Shown here in pieces: positions 52,929-63,690 of a DNA stretch of 64,000 nucleotides. Source of the stretch: an uncultured cyanobacterium (GTDB lineage: Bacteria; Cyanobacteriota; Cyanobacteriia; Cyanobacteriales; Nostocaceae); the NCBI GenBank assembly GCA_963740315.1, contig CAVUDP010000001.1, positions 1,440,001-1,504,000 of the forward strand, read 5' to 3'. Within the stretch, counting starts at the first letter, position 1, and each line of letters starts with the position of its first letter. The position numbers were made by a program, and so were the translations under genes. The notes beneath the pieces were generated by a model. That model was not told where the DNA came from, did not search any database, and worked only from the letters and a program-made list of their open reading frames with translations.

Positions 52929-54149
52929 TTAAGTTCTTCCCGATATTTTTTGAATTTGCCCTTTGAAATCATCCGTTTCGGAACCTAATTGCTGTGCTAA
53001 TTCTAGTCCTTTTTGAAAAGCTGTAAGTGCTAACTGATTTTCCTGGCGCTGCAAATGAATTTTACCTATTTGCTCGTAAGCATTCATCATTCCGTAATAA
53101 TTAGAAGCTTGTTGTTCTGCTTGTAATAAAATCTGAGAGGTTTGCAAAGCATCTTCTGTTTGACCTTCTTTGACATATAATGAAACTAACTTTTGTAAAG
53201 CTTCTGCCGCACGCACGTATTGTTGTATTTCCCAGGACATAGTATAAGCTTCTTGATAATTTTGAAAAGCTTCATCTAACAACGCAGGGTTTTCAAGAGC
53301 CAAAACTTCGTAATCTGAACCTATTGCTAACTTTAATCCTGCTAACTGCGCGATATCATTTCGTTGGCGATAAACTAATAATAATTTTCTACGTACATCT
53401 ATTGCTTTTTGATGTTGTTTTGTACGGTCATAAATGTAGGCTAAATCTTTTAAAGATTCTTCAATATCGTTATTATTAGAAACCTTATTTAGTAATTCTT
53501 CATAAGTCGTTGCTGCTGCTGGATAATCGAACCAACTAAGATGAATATTACCAATAGTTTTCAGCGTGGTTATCTCCCCCGCAATATCCGAATTCCCCCG
53601 GTAAATTATCAAAACTTGGTTGTAAGCTTCCACGGCGAAAGATGGCGATCGCACTTGACGGTAAGCTTCTCCTATTGCCTGTAATACTTGTAAATCGGGT
53701 GTTTGCTCTTGTTGAACTTGTTTTTGAATTGTCTGCAATCGCTCGGTAATATACCTGATTTGCTGCCGATTATTTTTAGTGTAAGCCACTTCACCAACCC
53801 GCTGTAGCGCTTCAATTTCTGCCAAAGTACCCAAATAGCGACGCAAGCGTAATTCCCGATTCCAAATTGTAAATGCTCCTTGGGTATCTCCTGCTAGCAG
53901 TTTTGCGGTTGCTTCAGCATTTAGTCGATCTAAAGCTGCTGACAAAGAACGCTTTTCTTCAAGACTTAACGGTTGCCGATCCCCAGAAGCCGGTAGTAAC
54001 GGGTCGGGTATGGTAATCTCTAATGGATTGGGTGGAAATTCTTTCGGTGGTTTGGGCTTTTTCTCTTTAGCTAACGTCAGCGAAGTGCAAAGCAAACAAA
54101 TTGTAATAGACGTAGTAATTGTAATACTCAAGCGTTGTATATTTAACAT
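52929..54149 (-). CDS. Tetratricopeptide repeat protein with N-terminal signal-like segment
   Basis: Helical TPR-like repeats and a hydrophobic N-terminus. Confidence 0.8.
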   Translation of the reverse strand: MLNIQRLSITITTSITICLLCTSLTLAKEKKPKPPKEFPPNPLEITIPDPLLPASGDRQPLSLEEKRSLSAALDRLNAEATAKLLAGDTQGAFTIWNRELRLRRYLGTLAEIEALQRVGEVAYTKNNRQQIRYITERLQTIQKQVQQEQTPDLQVLQAIGEAYRQVRSPSFAVEAYNQVLIIYRGNSDIAGEITTLKTIGNIHLSWFDYPAAATTYEELLNKVSNNNDIEESLKDLAYIYDRTKQHQKAIDVRRKLLLVYRQRNDIAQLAGLKLAIGSDYEVLALENPALLDEAFQNYQEAYTMSWEIQQYVRAAEALQKLVSLYVKEGQTEDALQTSQILLQAEQQASNYYGMMNAYEQIGKIHLQRQENQLALTAFQKGLELAQQLGSETDDFKGQIQKISGRT

Positions 54150-54464
54150 TTTCTTTTTTAAGGATTAGGAATTATGGAATAGGGCATAAGAAATTATAAG
54201 TGACGAATATCCCCTATTATTTGCTCCATGAATATATCAGTTACGTTGAAAGCTTAACTTCTGTAGAGCTAAGTTATTAGTAATTTGCGCTGTTTCGATC
54301 GTACACAATCAAATTTATGGAAAAAATCGATAGGGTTTGGTAATCGAGTGTAATGTTGGCAGAAAAAAACTTGTTTAAAATTCATTACATCTAGCTAAAC
54401 AAGCGGTAACTTAGTTTAGTAATATAACCTTATCTAAAAAATCATCCAAAATACATTCTATATA

Positions 54465-55055
54465 ATGTCACACTCTACTGATATAGCAACCTTAGCTCGT
54501 TGGATGGCTTCTGATTTCAGCAATCAAGAACAAGCTTTTGAAAATCCGCCTTTTTTCGCTCATATTCGGGTATGTATGCGTCCTCTACCTTTAGACTTAT
54601 TGTCGTCCGTAAGCTTTTATGTTGAGCAAGCTTACGACTATATGCTTAACGATCCCTATCGGGTTGCGGTGAATAAATTAGTTGATGCAGGGGATCATAT
54701 AGAAATTGAAAATTATAGAGTTAAAGATGCGGAAAAATTCTATGGTGCCTCCCGCGATTTGGAGCGTCTCAAAAGCCTAAAACCCGATGATTTGAAAAAA
54801 CTACCTGGCTGTAACATGATTGTAGAGTGGACAGGTCACAGCTTCAAAGGAATGGTGGAACCAGGTAAAAGCTGCATTGTATTTCGTAAAGGACAAAATA
54901 CCTACCTTGACAGCGACTTTGAAATTGATGGAGAGAAATTTATCAGCAGAGATAAAGGAAGAGACTTAGAAACCGACGAGCAAATTTGGGGTTCAGTTGC
55001 AGGTCCTTTTCAATTTGTCCGCTGGCACAGCTTTGCAGACGAAGTAAAAATTTAA
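54465..55055 (+). CDS. cpcT: CpcT/CpeT-family phycobilin lyase
   Basis: FSNQEQAFENPPFFAHI, EQAY...PYR, PGC and DKG.D....QIWGS. Confidence 0.92.
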   Translation: MSHSTDIATLARWMASDFSNQEQAFENPPFFAHIRVCMRPLPLDLLSSVSFYVEQAYDYMLNDPYRVAVNKLVDAGDHIEIENYRVKDAEKFYGASRDLERLKSLKPDDLKKLPGCNMIVEWTGHSFKGMVEPGKSCIVFRKGQNTYLDSDFEIDGEKFISRDKGRDLETDEQIWGSVAGPFQFVRWHSFADEVKI

Positions 55056-55097
55056 TATATTAAAATAAACCAAAAACCAAAAACCAAAAACCAAAAA

Positions 55098-55886
55098 CTA
55101 ATAACTGGTAACTGGTAACTGGTAATTGGTAACTCTTTCAACCCAAGTTTCCCAAGTACCATTGGGGTAAAGTTTCATCAAGCGAAATCCTGGCGGCTTT
55201 GGATCGAGAGCAAATTTTTTACTTTTTGGCTGAAACTGAACGCAAGTTGAAGGGGTTCCTAAATAATCAACACCCTGCCGTCGAGTATAAAATTCTTGGT
55301 GTATATGACCAAACAATACCAATCTAACTTGTGGATATTTATCTAAAACTGCAAACAATTCTTCAGAGTTTTGCAAGCTGCTGTCATCTAACCAACAAGA
55401 ATTTACCTTGAAGGGAGGATGATGCAGTGCTACTGCTGTTGGTTTATTAACACTCATGCTTAGCTGTAAATCCAGCCATTCTAAAGTTTCACTACGTAGA
55501 TAGCCGTGTATTTTACCAGCTACTGAAGAATCTACTAATATAAAATTCCATTCGCCGCGTTCAAAACATTTACGCCGAGAAACCAGTCCCAGATTTAAAA
55601 CTTCATTCATGATTGCGAAATCATCATGATTTCCTGGTAGCCAATAACTAGGAAGAAATAACGGACTTAATAAATTTTGTAAATTACTATAAGATTGTGG
55701 CGTACTATCACCTGATAAGTCTCCTGTTAATAACAATAAATCAAGTTCGTCTCGCAGGTTTGTTAAGCGTTCGATCACCGCATGGAAAGACTCTGTAGTA
55801 GGCATTCCCAGGAATTGTTGCTGCTCCGATGCAAATAAATGCATATCTGTTAACTGAGCAATAGTTATGGTCGAAACTTCTTTCAT
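55098..55886 (-). CDS. cpdA: 3',5'-cyclic AMP phosphodiesterase (Icc/CpdA metallophosphoesterase)
   Basis: TDMH, TGDL, PGNHD, HHPP, GHIH and PSTCVQF. The C-terminus runs into a TAACTGG heptamer tract. Confidence 0.9.
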   Translation of the reverse strand: MKEVSTITIAQLTDMHLFASEQQQFLGMPTTESFHAVIERLTNLRDELDLLLLTGDLSGDSTPQSYSNLQNLLSPLFLPSYWLPGNHDDFAIMNEVLNLGLVSRRKCFERGEWNFILVDSSVAGKIHGYLRSETLEWLDLQLSMSVNKPTAVALHHPPFKVNSCWLDDSSLQNSEELFAVLDKYPQVRLVLFGHIHQEFYTRRQGVDYLGTPSTCVQFQPKSKKFALDPKPPGFRLMKLYPNGTWETWVERVTNYQLPVTSY

Positions 55887-56543
55887 ATAAGGGTGATACC
55901 AATACAATACGAATCTTAATATCCAATTCTCCTTTACAGTCATAACCCATCTAGATGTGATGGTAGTTAATATTTCCTTCCTCACATATTCATACTGTCA
56001 ATTCCTTAATAATTTTGAGGTTATGTATGTTTGATTACTTTTGATCTTTTTAAGTACAAACCGAGATATTACCTCTATATCTTATACTGTTTTTGCCTCT
56101 AATAATGTTTTTCATCTATCTTAAGACATAAAAAATGTATTTATAGACTTTTATAATAGTTGTACTTTAAGAAGTATAAATACTGCTTCCACAGAGAAAA
56201 ATATGTATTATACGTAACCGAAAATCCTAGCATAGATATGGGGTAATAGAATGGGTGGACGGATAATAAAAAAATATGGTAATAAGTTTTAGATGTAATC
56301 GCAAACATTTGTAGGTAAACTACAAGCGTGAATGCTTATTGTAGACTTATACTCCACTTGGGACTGTTATTTAAAAAAACCATATTTTCTAATAAACAAT
56401 TCAATACTCCACATCTATATTTTTTCTTTGAGCCGGCTTCTTCTCCTGCGTCTCCTTAATGCTTATTGTTCTTGCCGGAAAATAATGTATGGGGGGGGTA
56501 GATTTTTAAATAAAATGTTGATAAAATAAAAAATGGCAAATGC

Positions 56544-56615
<72 letters not shown>

Positions 56616-56828
56616 TTGTTAATATTCCCTCGTTTCCCGCTCCCCAAGCACCTTCTAGCTTCCAGGAGCCGATTCTTCGTTTGTACCATTTTAGGTCAAA
56701 TGGGGTAGAATCAACCCACAAATTTAGGCCAAATTTAGTCCAAGCTTTTGTTACCCTGTGGGAAGTTATAAACGGCTTTCCTAAAAAAATTATTTTTGGT
56801 AACTGGGGTAAAACTGGGGTAAATTATC

Positions 56829-57966
56829 ATGGATATTAGCAACCGCCTCGCACAAGCTAACGGTAGATTGCGAACTTCCAATATTGGTATAGCCATCCAG
56901 CAGCGCGGAAATATTTTATGGCTTAGGGGTACGTTCCCGCCGAAACCCAATTCCGGTAAAAACAAACCCCATCAACAAAGAATATCCCTGAAGACGAAAG
57001 AAAATCCCCGGCGGAGTTAAAGCCACATTAGCTGGATTACAGTACGCCGAAAAACAAGCTCGTGCTATTGGCGTACAGCTTGATAGCGGTCAGTTTAATT
57101 GGGCTGAGTGGGATGTAAGTCAAGCGCCCAAACCTGAAACTGTATCGGATTGGGTAGAAAAATTTGAAGCCGAATATTGGAAAAGGCGATCGCGCAACCA
57201 GCAAACCGAAACAACGTGGAAAAAAGATTATCAAGTTGTTTTCCCGAAGTTCGCCGAATTTGCCGAAAATGCAGAACTTTCTATCGACTTGATGATTGAA
57301 TTTGCAAGCCTTAGCGAACCTGATACGCGGAGTCGTAAAAGAGTATGTGACATTTTAGGAAGACTTGCTAAATTCGCAAAGCTTGAAAATTTAGAAGCTA
57401 TTAAAGAACTGACTGGTAATTATTCACCTGGAACAGTATCGCCAAGAAGTTTACCAACAGACGAGCAGATAGTTCAATGGCGAGACAGAATTACCAGCCC
57501 CGGCTGGCAATGGATATATGGGATGTGTGCGGCATATGGTTTGCGTCCCCATGAAGCATTTCATGTTGATATGCTAGATTTCCCCACCGCAAGAGTTAGC
57601 GATGAAACCAAAACGGGAGAGCGATTTATTTACCCGCTTTATCCCGAATGGTCGCACAGTTGGAATCTTAAAGAAATCGTCTTACCAAATTTGAAATCAA
57701 TTGAAGATTCCTCCAATGCCAAACTCGGAACTAAGGTATCCGGATTTTTCTACGATTTCAAAATTCCATTTCCTCCATATAATTTACGTCACTGTTATGC
57801 ACGTAGGTGTTTCGAGTTTGGATTCACTCCCGACTTTGGAGCAAAATTGATGGGACATTCAGTTACCACCCATTGCAAGACATATCGAGCTTGGATTGAT
57901 GAAGCAACATACCTAAAAGTTTATGAAACATTAATTCATCGAACAGGTAGACCACCTGCTCCTTGA
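56829..57966 (+). pseudogene. Tyrosine recombinase/integrase with a +1 frameshift at 57006-57009 (real or sequencing error)
   Basis: YGLRPHE, YNLRHCYA and MGHS..H...Y motifs. The N-terminal ORF 56829..57020 joins the frame of ORF 57289 if one C of AATCCCCGGC is removed. Confidence 0.85.
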
Positions 57967-58257
57967 ATAAAGATTGTCCGGAGGGCTAATTAAAAATAAT
58001 CCCTCCGGAAAAATCAAGCGAAAAGCTGCTGGAGTTATAAATCCGTTCAGCACGGCAGTAATGTTGATTTTGATAAGGCGATTCATTGAATCATTACGTC
58101 TTGCATCAACCCAATGTAAACCTTCTTTCCATTGTCCAGAACTAATTCGCCGAAGAATTGAAGTACGGCTAAATCCTTTTCCTAACCTTTCTGATGCTTC
58201 TTGAATTGTCAAAAGTTCCGCGTCTTGCGGCAGCTTATACATTGTTCGTTTCGCCAA
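57931..58257 (-). CDS. Excisionase-like small DNA-binding protein
   Basis: LLTIQEASERLG HTH and KEGLHW motif; convergent with the integrase. True 3' end may be near 58014. Confidence 0.65.
   Translation of the reverse strand: MAKRTMYKLPQDAELLTIQEASERLGKGFSRTSILRRISSGQWKEGLHWVDARRNDSMNRLIKINITAVLNGFITPAAFRLIFPEGLFLISPPDNLYSRSRWSTCSMN
57977..58009. terminator. Hairpin between the convergent int and xis-like genes
   Basis: TCCGGAGGG...CCCTCCGGA. Confidence 0.55.
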
Positions 58258-59142
58258 GTTACTAACCTCCCTTCTTATTATTGTTTTTCAGCAGGCAATA
58301 AATTATTTTTTCGTGCTTTTTTCGTCGCGACTTTTCTTCCATCCTTTTCGGACTTATCGTAATTAAGACTATTGCAATTGGAAACAATTCAAACTTCGAT
58401 TATGTCTCGAAGTAAATAATGGTCGAGACAATCAATAAGAAAGCAGTTAAACACAATGATTCCAAAACAAACGTTTCTTCTGATTGCAAGCCCCCACTAT
58501 GCAGATGCAGAAAAAATGTTGTTTATAATACAATCTAGCGCCGAATAAATGCGAGTAGACCTGTTTCGAGTCAATAAAACGCTCTTTGAACTATTTATAC
58601 ACAAATTTTTGTATTTTGACAATTTTTTGGATAAACAAATATTTAACAGCAAGTATCAAGCTGTATATGAAAGGATATTTTTTTATATTTAACTACGTAA
58701 ATAGAGAAAAGTTGGAGTTGCTTCAAATCCTCTCATAATAAGACTCAAAAACAATAATTGACTACATTAAGGTAAAAACTATAGTATCTATAAATAAAAG
58801 AGATAACCGAACACTGAAATTTTACAAAATTTCAATAAAATTTGATTTAATCTTCGATAATCTCTTATTTCTCGATATTTCAGATATCAATAAAAATATA
58901 ATTAATAAAAAATATTCACCATTTTGAAATAATATTGATTGACTTAGAATGTTTTATTTCCTACGTATCATTTTTTTGTAAAGTAGCTTACATTTATAGT
59001 TAATCAATTACTTAATATGAGTTTAAGTAAATGAATCTAAAAGCTGATTGCGTAATTATATAGATTGTTGTAATTAATATTTGTATAAAAACTTTTTTAT
59101 TGAGCGTAAAAAAAATAATTGTCTAAGTTAGGAATAGGGGAA

Positions 59143-59298
59143 CAATTATCACTTTAGGTAGATTTGTTTTCTGTGTAATTTAGTCATCATTTTTTATTAG
59201 GTGTCTTCGGCTACAGTAAAAACCATCAGAAAATTTGTTGATGAATTTTAATACCCGCATAAGTTTAAATTATACGGACATCTACTAAGTGATAATTG
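59143..59298. mobile_element. MITE-like element inside the island
   Basis: Imperfect TIRs CAATTATCACTTTAGGTAGAT / ATCTACTAAGTGATAATTG. Confidence 0.5.
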
Positions 59299-59596
59299 AT
59301 TCCCTATTTACTCACACTCGGAGTCCACAGTTATGAGTGAAAAAAATCGTGTAGTTGCGATTCGTATTTTAATAACGCAACAAGGTTTACGTTTAGTGCA
59401 GCGATTATCTAAGCTGAAAATGCGTTTAGTTGCGTCGTTGAAAAATAAAATTTACGACTTTCCACATAGTTAAACTTTTGAAGGAATAACGGCTCTTTTT
59501 CGTTTCAATTTTTGTTCTTCTCAACAGTTCGATAAACTTTAAACGATAGGCGATAGCAGCTTGCTCCCGTAATAAGCAGCGACTTGCACAGACAAG

Positions 59597-59923
59597 TCAG
59601 GAAGCGACTTTTGCTTGCCCCACACTGCTTGCCCATCTATCTGCTAATCCTCTAAGAATTTCTTCAATTTCGTTATCACTAGCAGACAAAACTCTGGTTC
59701 GCCAATCTGCTTCTTCCACACGAATCTTAAGCCAAAAACTATCTTGAAATTCTTTTGGCATACAAGTAAGTAAGCTGAAAAATTCTCCTGCTTCTAAATC
59801 GAGTTTTCCCGTGCGAAATCGACTGAGACGACTTTGATGAATTCCAGTCCAACCACTCACCTGTTTGGCTGAATAATCAAAAGCCAACAATAGCTGATTA
59901 AAAATTTCTCTGTGCTGGCTCAT
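59597..59923 (-). CDS. XRE/Cro-C1-type HTH regulator
   Basis: SAKQVSGWTGIHQSRLSRFRTGK HTH; divergent from the replication operon. Confidence 0.75.
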   Translation of the reverse strand: MSQHREIFNQLLLAFDYSAKQVSGWTGIHQSRLSRFRTGKLDLEAGEFFSLLTCMPKEFQDSFWLKIRVEEADWRTRVLSASDNEIEEILRGLADRWASSVGQAKVAS

Positions 59924-60145
59924 CGCAACATTTCTTTACTTAATGTTTGCCAAGTTAGCAATATTATATTTTTGTAATTGCTATTTCAGCAATGCTTACT
60001 TTTTTACAAAGATGCCTCATTGATGGATGAGTTAGCTTTGAGTACCCACATAATAGCACCAACAGCTTTGGTGAGACATCTATTTTCAAGTGCCGAATTA
60101 GTAGACCAATAGCTCGGCTTAAATGTTTCAGGCTTTCTAAAAAAT

Positions 60146-61009
60146 ATGACTAAAAACAATTGCTGCGTACAAAACGAGTCTAATTCTGGCGAACACAAAC
60201 AAAAAACACCTCTTTTTTATCGTCTAATTCACAATGAATGGGTGGAAACTGTGAAAAACTTGACTGGAGCCGAAATCAAGGTGCTGTACTATTTGCGTTC
60301 GCTCGATCCATTTGGCGATCGCCATCTCGAATACAGCATTACGGAAATGGCGAAAGAACTAAATATCTCCAAAGGAGCAGCATCAAAAGCAGTTAAGAAA
60401 TTAGACCAAATTGGTTTGATTGATGCACAAATATCGAAAGTAAAAATCAAAATTACCACTGACCAATACAAAGATACTGAGTTTCCTATAGGAAACAACG
60501 TTTCATATAGTGAACCACGGTTTCCTATAGGAAATCCGAGTTTCGTAGAGGAAACTGAGGTTTCTTATAGGAAACCACAATTTCCTATAGGAAACGAACA
60601 ACAGCCAGAACCTTTGCCAGATGGCGATTTGAGAACTCCTCAGACTATTAAGACTTATTCAGACTTTGTAAAGACTCTCTCAGAACAGGAGCGAGCGAGT
60701 TTTTTAAATTTTTGTCAAGAAAAAGCGAAAAATCTTAGTCAGGAGGTGATTGATTTAGAAGCATGGTTAGCAAGTAAAACTAAAGCTGGAAAAAATCGTT
60801 GGGAAGTTCAGTACCGTTTTTATAAAGCTTCTCGAAGTTCCAGACATCAAGAAGAACTTTCTCGCATACAAGCAAGAGAGCAAGTGAAAAAGTGGAAGTG
60901 CAAATTAGAAGAACAAACCGTTACAGCAACTGTTGCTTGTAAAGAGTCATTGTTGAAAGAGGACGATTGCCACCAAAATAATAGCTCTTCAGGCAATCGT
61001 GAAAATTGA
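60146..61009 (+). CDS. Winged-helix replication initiator-like protein
   Basis: N-terminal wHTH (LTGAEIKVLYYL...ITEMAKELNISKGAASKAVKKL); internal palindromic repeats; stop overlaps the DnaB start. Confidence 0.7.
   Translation: MTKNNCCVQNESNSGEHKQKTPLFYRLIHNEWVETVKNLTGAEIKVLYYLRSLDPFGDRHLEYSITEMAKELNISKGAASKAVKKLDQIGLIDAQISKVKIKITTDQYKDTEFPIGNNVSYSEPRFPIGNPSFVEETEVSYRKPQFPIGNEQQPEPLPDGDLRTPQTIKTYSDFVKTLSEQERASFLNFCQEKAKNLSQEVIDLEAWLASKTKAGKNRWEVQYRFYKASRSSRHQEELSRIQAREQVKKWKCKLEEQTVTATVACKESLLKEDDCHQNNSSSGNREN
60481..60595. repeat. Six palindromic iteron-like repeats GTTTCCTATAGGAAAC
   Basis: Copies at 60481, 60500, 60520, 60540, 60560 and 60580. Confidence 0.9.
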
Positions 61010-62382
61010 ACCATAATTCCCAAAAGGATAAATACATGATTCATCAAATGCCCCCTGCAAATATAGAAGTTGAAGAAGCGGTACTCGGCGGAATACTTCT
61101 AGATCCCCAAGCCATTGTTAGAGTACGCTCTAACTTAATTCCAGAAGCTTTTTATATCAAAGGTCATTCCGATATTTATAGTGCTGCACTGCAACTTGAT
61201 AATCAAGGTAAACCAACAGATTTACTAACTATTATCAGTTGGCTTAACGACCACGATTTACTTAAAAACATAGGTGGTAGGAATAAATTAGCAACACTTG
61301 TAGACCGCACTGTATCAGCCGTAAATATTGATTTCCTTGCCGATTTAATTATGGAAAAGTATAGAAGGAGGCAATTGATAAGAGCAGGTAATGAAATCGT
61401 TCAACTCGGCTACCAGACAGAAATTGAACTACCACAGATATTAAATAGCTCCGAACAGAAAATCTTTCAAATTTCCAATCAAAGAACTTGCTCAAATACC
61501 GAACACAACAGCACAATAGCCTTTGCTGCTTACAAAGAAATAGAAAATGTCAATCCTATTTATTCCACAGGATTTGAGCAATTGGATAAGTTGATAGTGG
61601 GATTTGAACCTGGTACTTTAACTTTGGTTGCAGGCAGACCATCAATGGGTAAAAGCGCTATTTCTTTAAATCTCGCATTAAGGATGATATTAGATCATTC
61701 TCTCCCAGTGATAGTTTTTTCATTGGAAATGACTAAAGAGCAGTTGGAATATCGTTTGTGGAGTTTAATCAGCATTGCTTCCGATTATAAAAATTGTGAC
61801 CTTGTTCCGATACCGAGCGACCGCATCCGCAGACACCGAGCTTTGAGCGAAACCTTGGCTGATTGGGAATTAAGCAATATCAACAAGATTGTCAATATTG
61901 CATCAACTTTACCGCTCTACATTAGTGACAGTAGGGGGATTAAAGTTTCAGATATTGCTCACGAATGTCGTCAAATCAAAACCAAGAAAGGAAAAATAGG
62001 GTTAGTTGTAATTGATTACCTACAGATGATGGCTGAAGATTCTAGTGCCAATCGCAGTTATGAGTTAGGAGAAGTAGCAAGGGAACTTTATAAAATGGCA
62101 GGTGATTTAGATGTTCCCGTATTAGCACTTTCCCAAATTAATCGGGCTGTCGAAAGTAGACCAGTTAAGCGTCCAACAATGAGCGATCTTAGCCAGTCGG
62201 GGATATTAGAGATGGTTGCCGATAACATTATCCTCGCATATAGGGACGAGTACTATAACCCGAATACTTCAGACCAAAAAATATTAGAACTGATTGTAGC
62301 TAAAGCAAGACATGGAGAAACTGGAACAGCCACTGTTCTATTTGACAAATCTTATGGAGCTATTGCGTCTCTAATGGAATGA
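61006..62382 (+). CDS. dnaB: Replicative DNA helicase DnaB (element-encoded)
   Basis: PPANIEVEEAVLGGILLD, AGRPSMGKS, FSLEM, IDYLQMM, LSQINR and AKARHGETG. Confidence 0.92.
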   Translation: MNHNSQKDKYMIHQMPPANIEVEEAVLGGILLDPQAIVRVRSNLIPEAFYIKGHSDIYSAALQLDNQGKPTDLLTIISWLNDHDLLKNIGGRNKLATLVDRTVSAVNIDFLADLIMEKYRRRQLIRAGNEIVQLGYQTEIELPQILNSSEQKIFQISNQRTCSNTEHNSTIAFAAYKEIENVNPIYSTGFEQLDKLIVGFEPGTLTLVAGRPSMGKSAISLNLALRMILDHSLPVIVFSLEMTKEQLEYRLWSLISIASDYKNCDLVPIPSDRIRRHRALSETLADWELSNINKIVNIASTLPLYISDSRGIKVSDIAHECRQIKTKKGKIGLVVIDYLQMMAEDSSANRSYELGEVARELYKMAGDLDVPVLALSQINRAVESRPVKRPTMSDLSQSGILEMVADNIILAYRDEYYNPNTSDQKILELIVAKARHGETGTATVLFDKSYGAIASLME

Positions 62383-62422
62383 AATTTACGACAACAATCT
62401 TCACTTTAAAAAAATAGAACTC

Positions 62423-63604
62423 GTGAGCGGAATAATTATGAGTATAAATTCAGCTTCAATAATTTGTGACGAACAACAGGATCTACAAGCAAAGACTGTC
62501 GAAGAAAACGAAGAAAGAGTTACACCATCAATACCACCCTCATTCAACGTAGAACTTCAGATTGACTCTGAATTTAAAAATCTAATTCCTCCACTCTCTG
62601 TAGAAGAGAAAACACAATTGGAAGCAAATTTAAAAGAATTTGGTTGTATTGACCCTTTGGTAGTTTGGAAAGGTAAGTCTATTATCTTAGATGGACACAA
62701 CCGCTATGAAATTTGTACTAAAAATCAAATTCCGTACAAAATTGTAGAAATTGATATGCCATCCAGAGATAATGCTATTTGCTGGATAGTTAATAATCAA
62801 TTAGGGCGGCGCAATACTACACCAGAAGTTGCTAGTTACCTCCGAGGTAAACGCTATCTGCATTTGAAGGGTAATCGTGAAGATAATTTAAAACAGAATT
62901 CCCCGAAGTGCAAGTTTTGCACTTCGGAAGAAGAATTAGAAGATGCTATCTCGATGGACAAAGCGAAATCTTTAGCTGCTGAATATAAAGTTAGTCCCAG
63001 AACAATCAAGAACGATGCAAAATTAAGCCAAGCATTAGACACTTTAGCTGATGGTTTAGGAGAAAAAGTTAAGCACTCAATTTTATCTCGTAGCCCCAAG
63101 ATGACCAAAGAAGATATTCTATCGCTAGCTCAAGTAGTGCATAGTCAAGGAAGTACTTTAGCTCAACAGATATTCGACAATAAACGAGGAAATACAAGTA
63201 TTGTTCAACAAATTCAAAACAAACAGCGCGTTCCTAATCCAAGAATTGTAGGTGAAGTTTGTCAAATTATTTCTAAAGGAGATCCAGATTTAAGACAATA
63301 TTCCCGATGTTGGTGCATAATTAATGCGGTGAATCTTCATAGTTGTGCTATTAGGATGTGGAAAATGGACTTACCCACAGTCAAACCAGAAAATTTGGAA
63401 CCAACATATACAGCATCTGAAGAAATTGCTGCTCAAAATTGTCAACGTATTCGGCGATTAGCGGATATAGTTTGCAAAGACGGTGAACCCACTCATATAG
63501 CTGTACTTGAGGCGCTTTCAAGAATACATGACCCTGCTAATCTTACATCCAAACAGGAACGAATACTGTCTTTTTTGGAAAAAGAATACGATTTACAACT
63601 ATAA
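62423..63604 (+). CDS. ParB/Srx N-terminal domain protein
   Basis: IDSEFKNLIPPLS.EE..QLE, ILDGHNRYEIC and NQLGRRN, then an HTH (LAAEYKVSPRTI). Confidence 0.8.
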   Translation: MSGIIMSINSASIICDEQQDLQAKTVEENEERVTPSIPPSFNVELQIDSEFKNLIPPLSVEEKTQLEANLKEFGCIDPLVVWKGKSIILDGHNRYEICTKNQIPYKIVEIDMPSRDNAICWIVNNQLGRRNTTPEVASYLRGKRYLHLKGNREDNLKQNSPKCKFCTSEEELEDAISMDKAKSLAAEYKVSPRTIKNDAKLSQALDTLADGLGEKVKHSILSRSPKMTKEDILSLAQVVHSQGSTLAQQIFDNKRGNTSIVQQIQNKQRVPNPRIVGEVCQIISKGDPDLRQYSRCWCIINAVNLHSCAIRMWKMDLPTVKPENLEPTYTASEEIAAQNCQRIRRLADIVCKDGEPTHIAVLEALSRIHDPANLTSKQERILSFLEKEYDLQL

Positions 63605-63657
63605 AACTTCTTCTGTAACTATATGATAATTACAGAAAATATTGATGATTTTACTTT

Positions 63658-63690
63658 TAGCCCAAGCATGATAAGCTTAGGGCTATTTTT
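63658..63690 (+). terminator. Terminator after the ParB-like gene
   Basis: TAGCCC-AAGC...GCTT-AGGGCTA followed by TTTTT. Confidence 0.6.

Noticed and set aside
60481..60595. Possible mini-CRISPR in the 20-bp periodic repeats
   Set aside because: Spacers are only 3-4 bp and the array is inside a CDS; iterons fit better.
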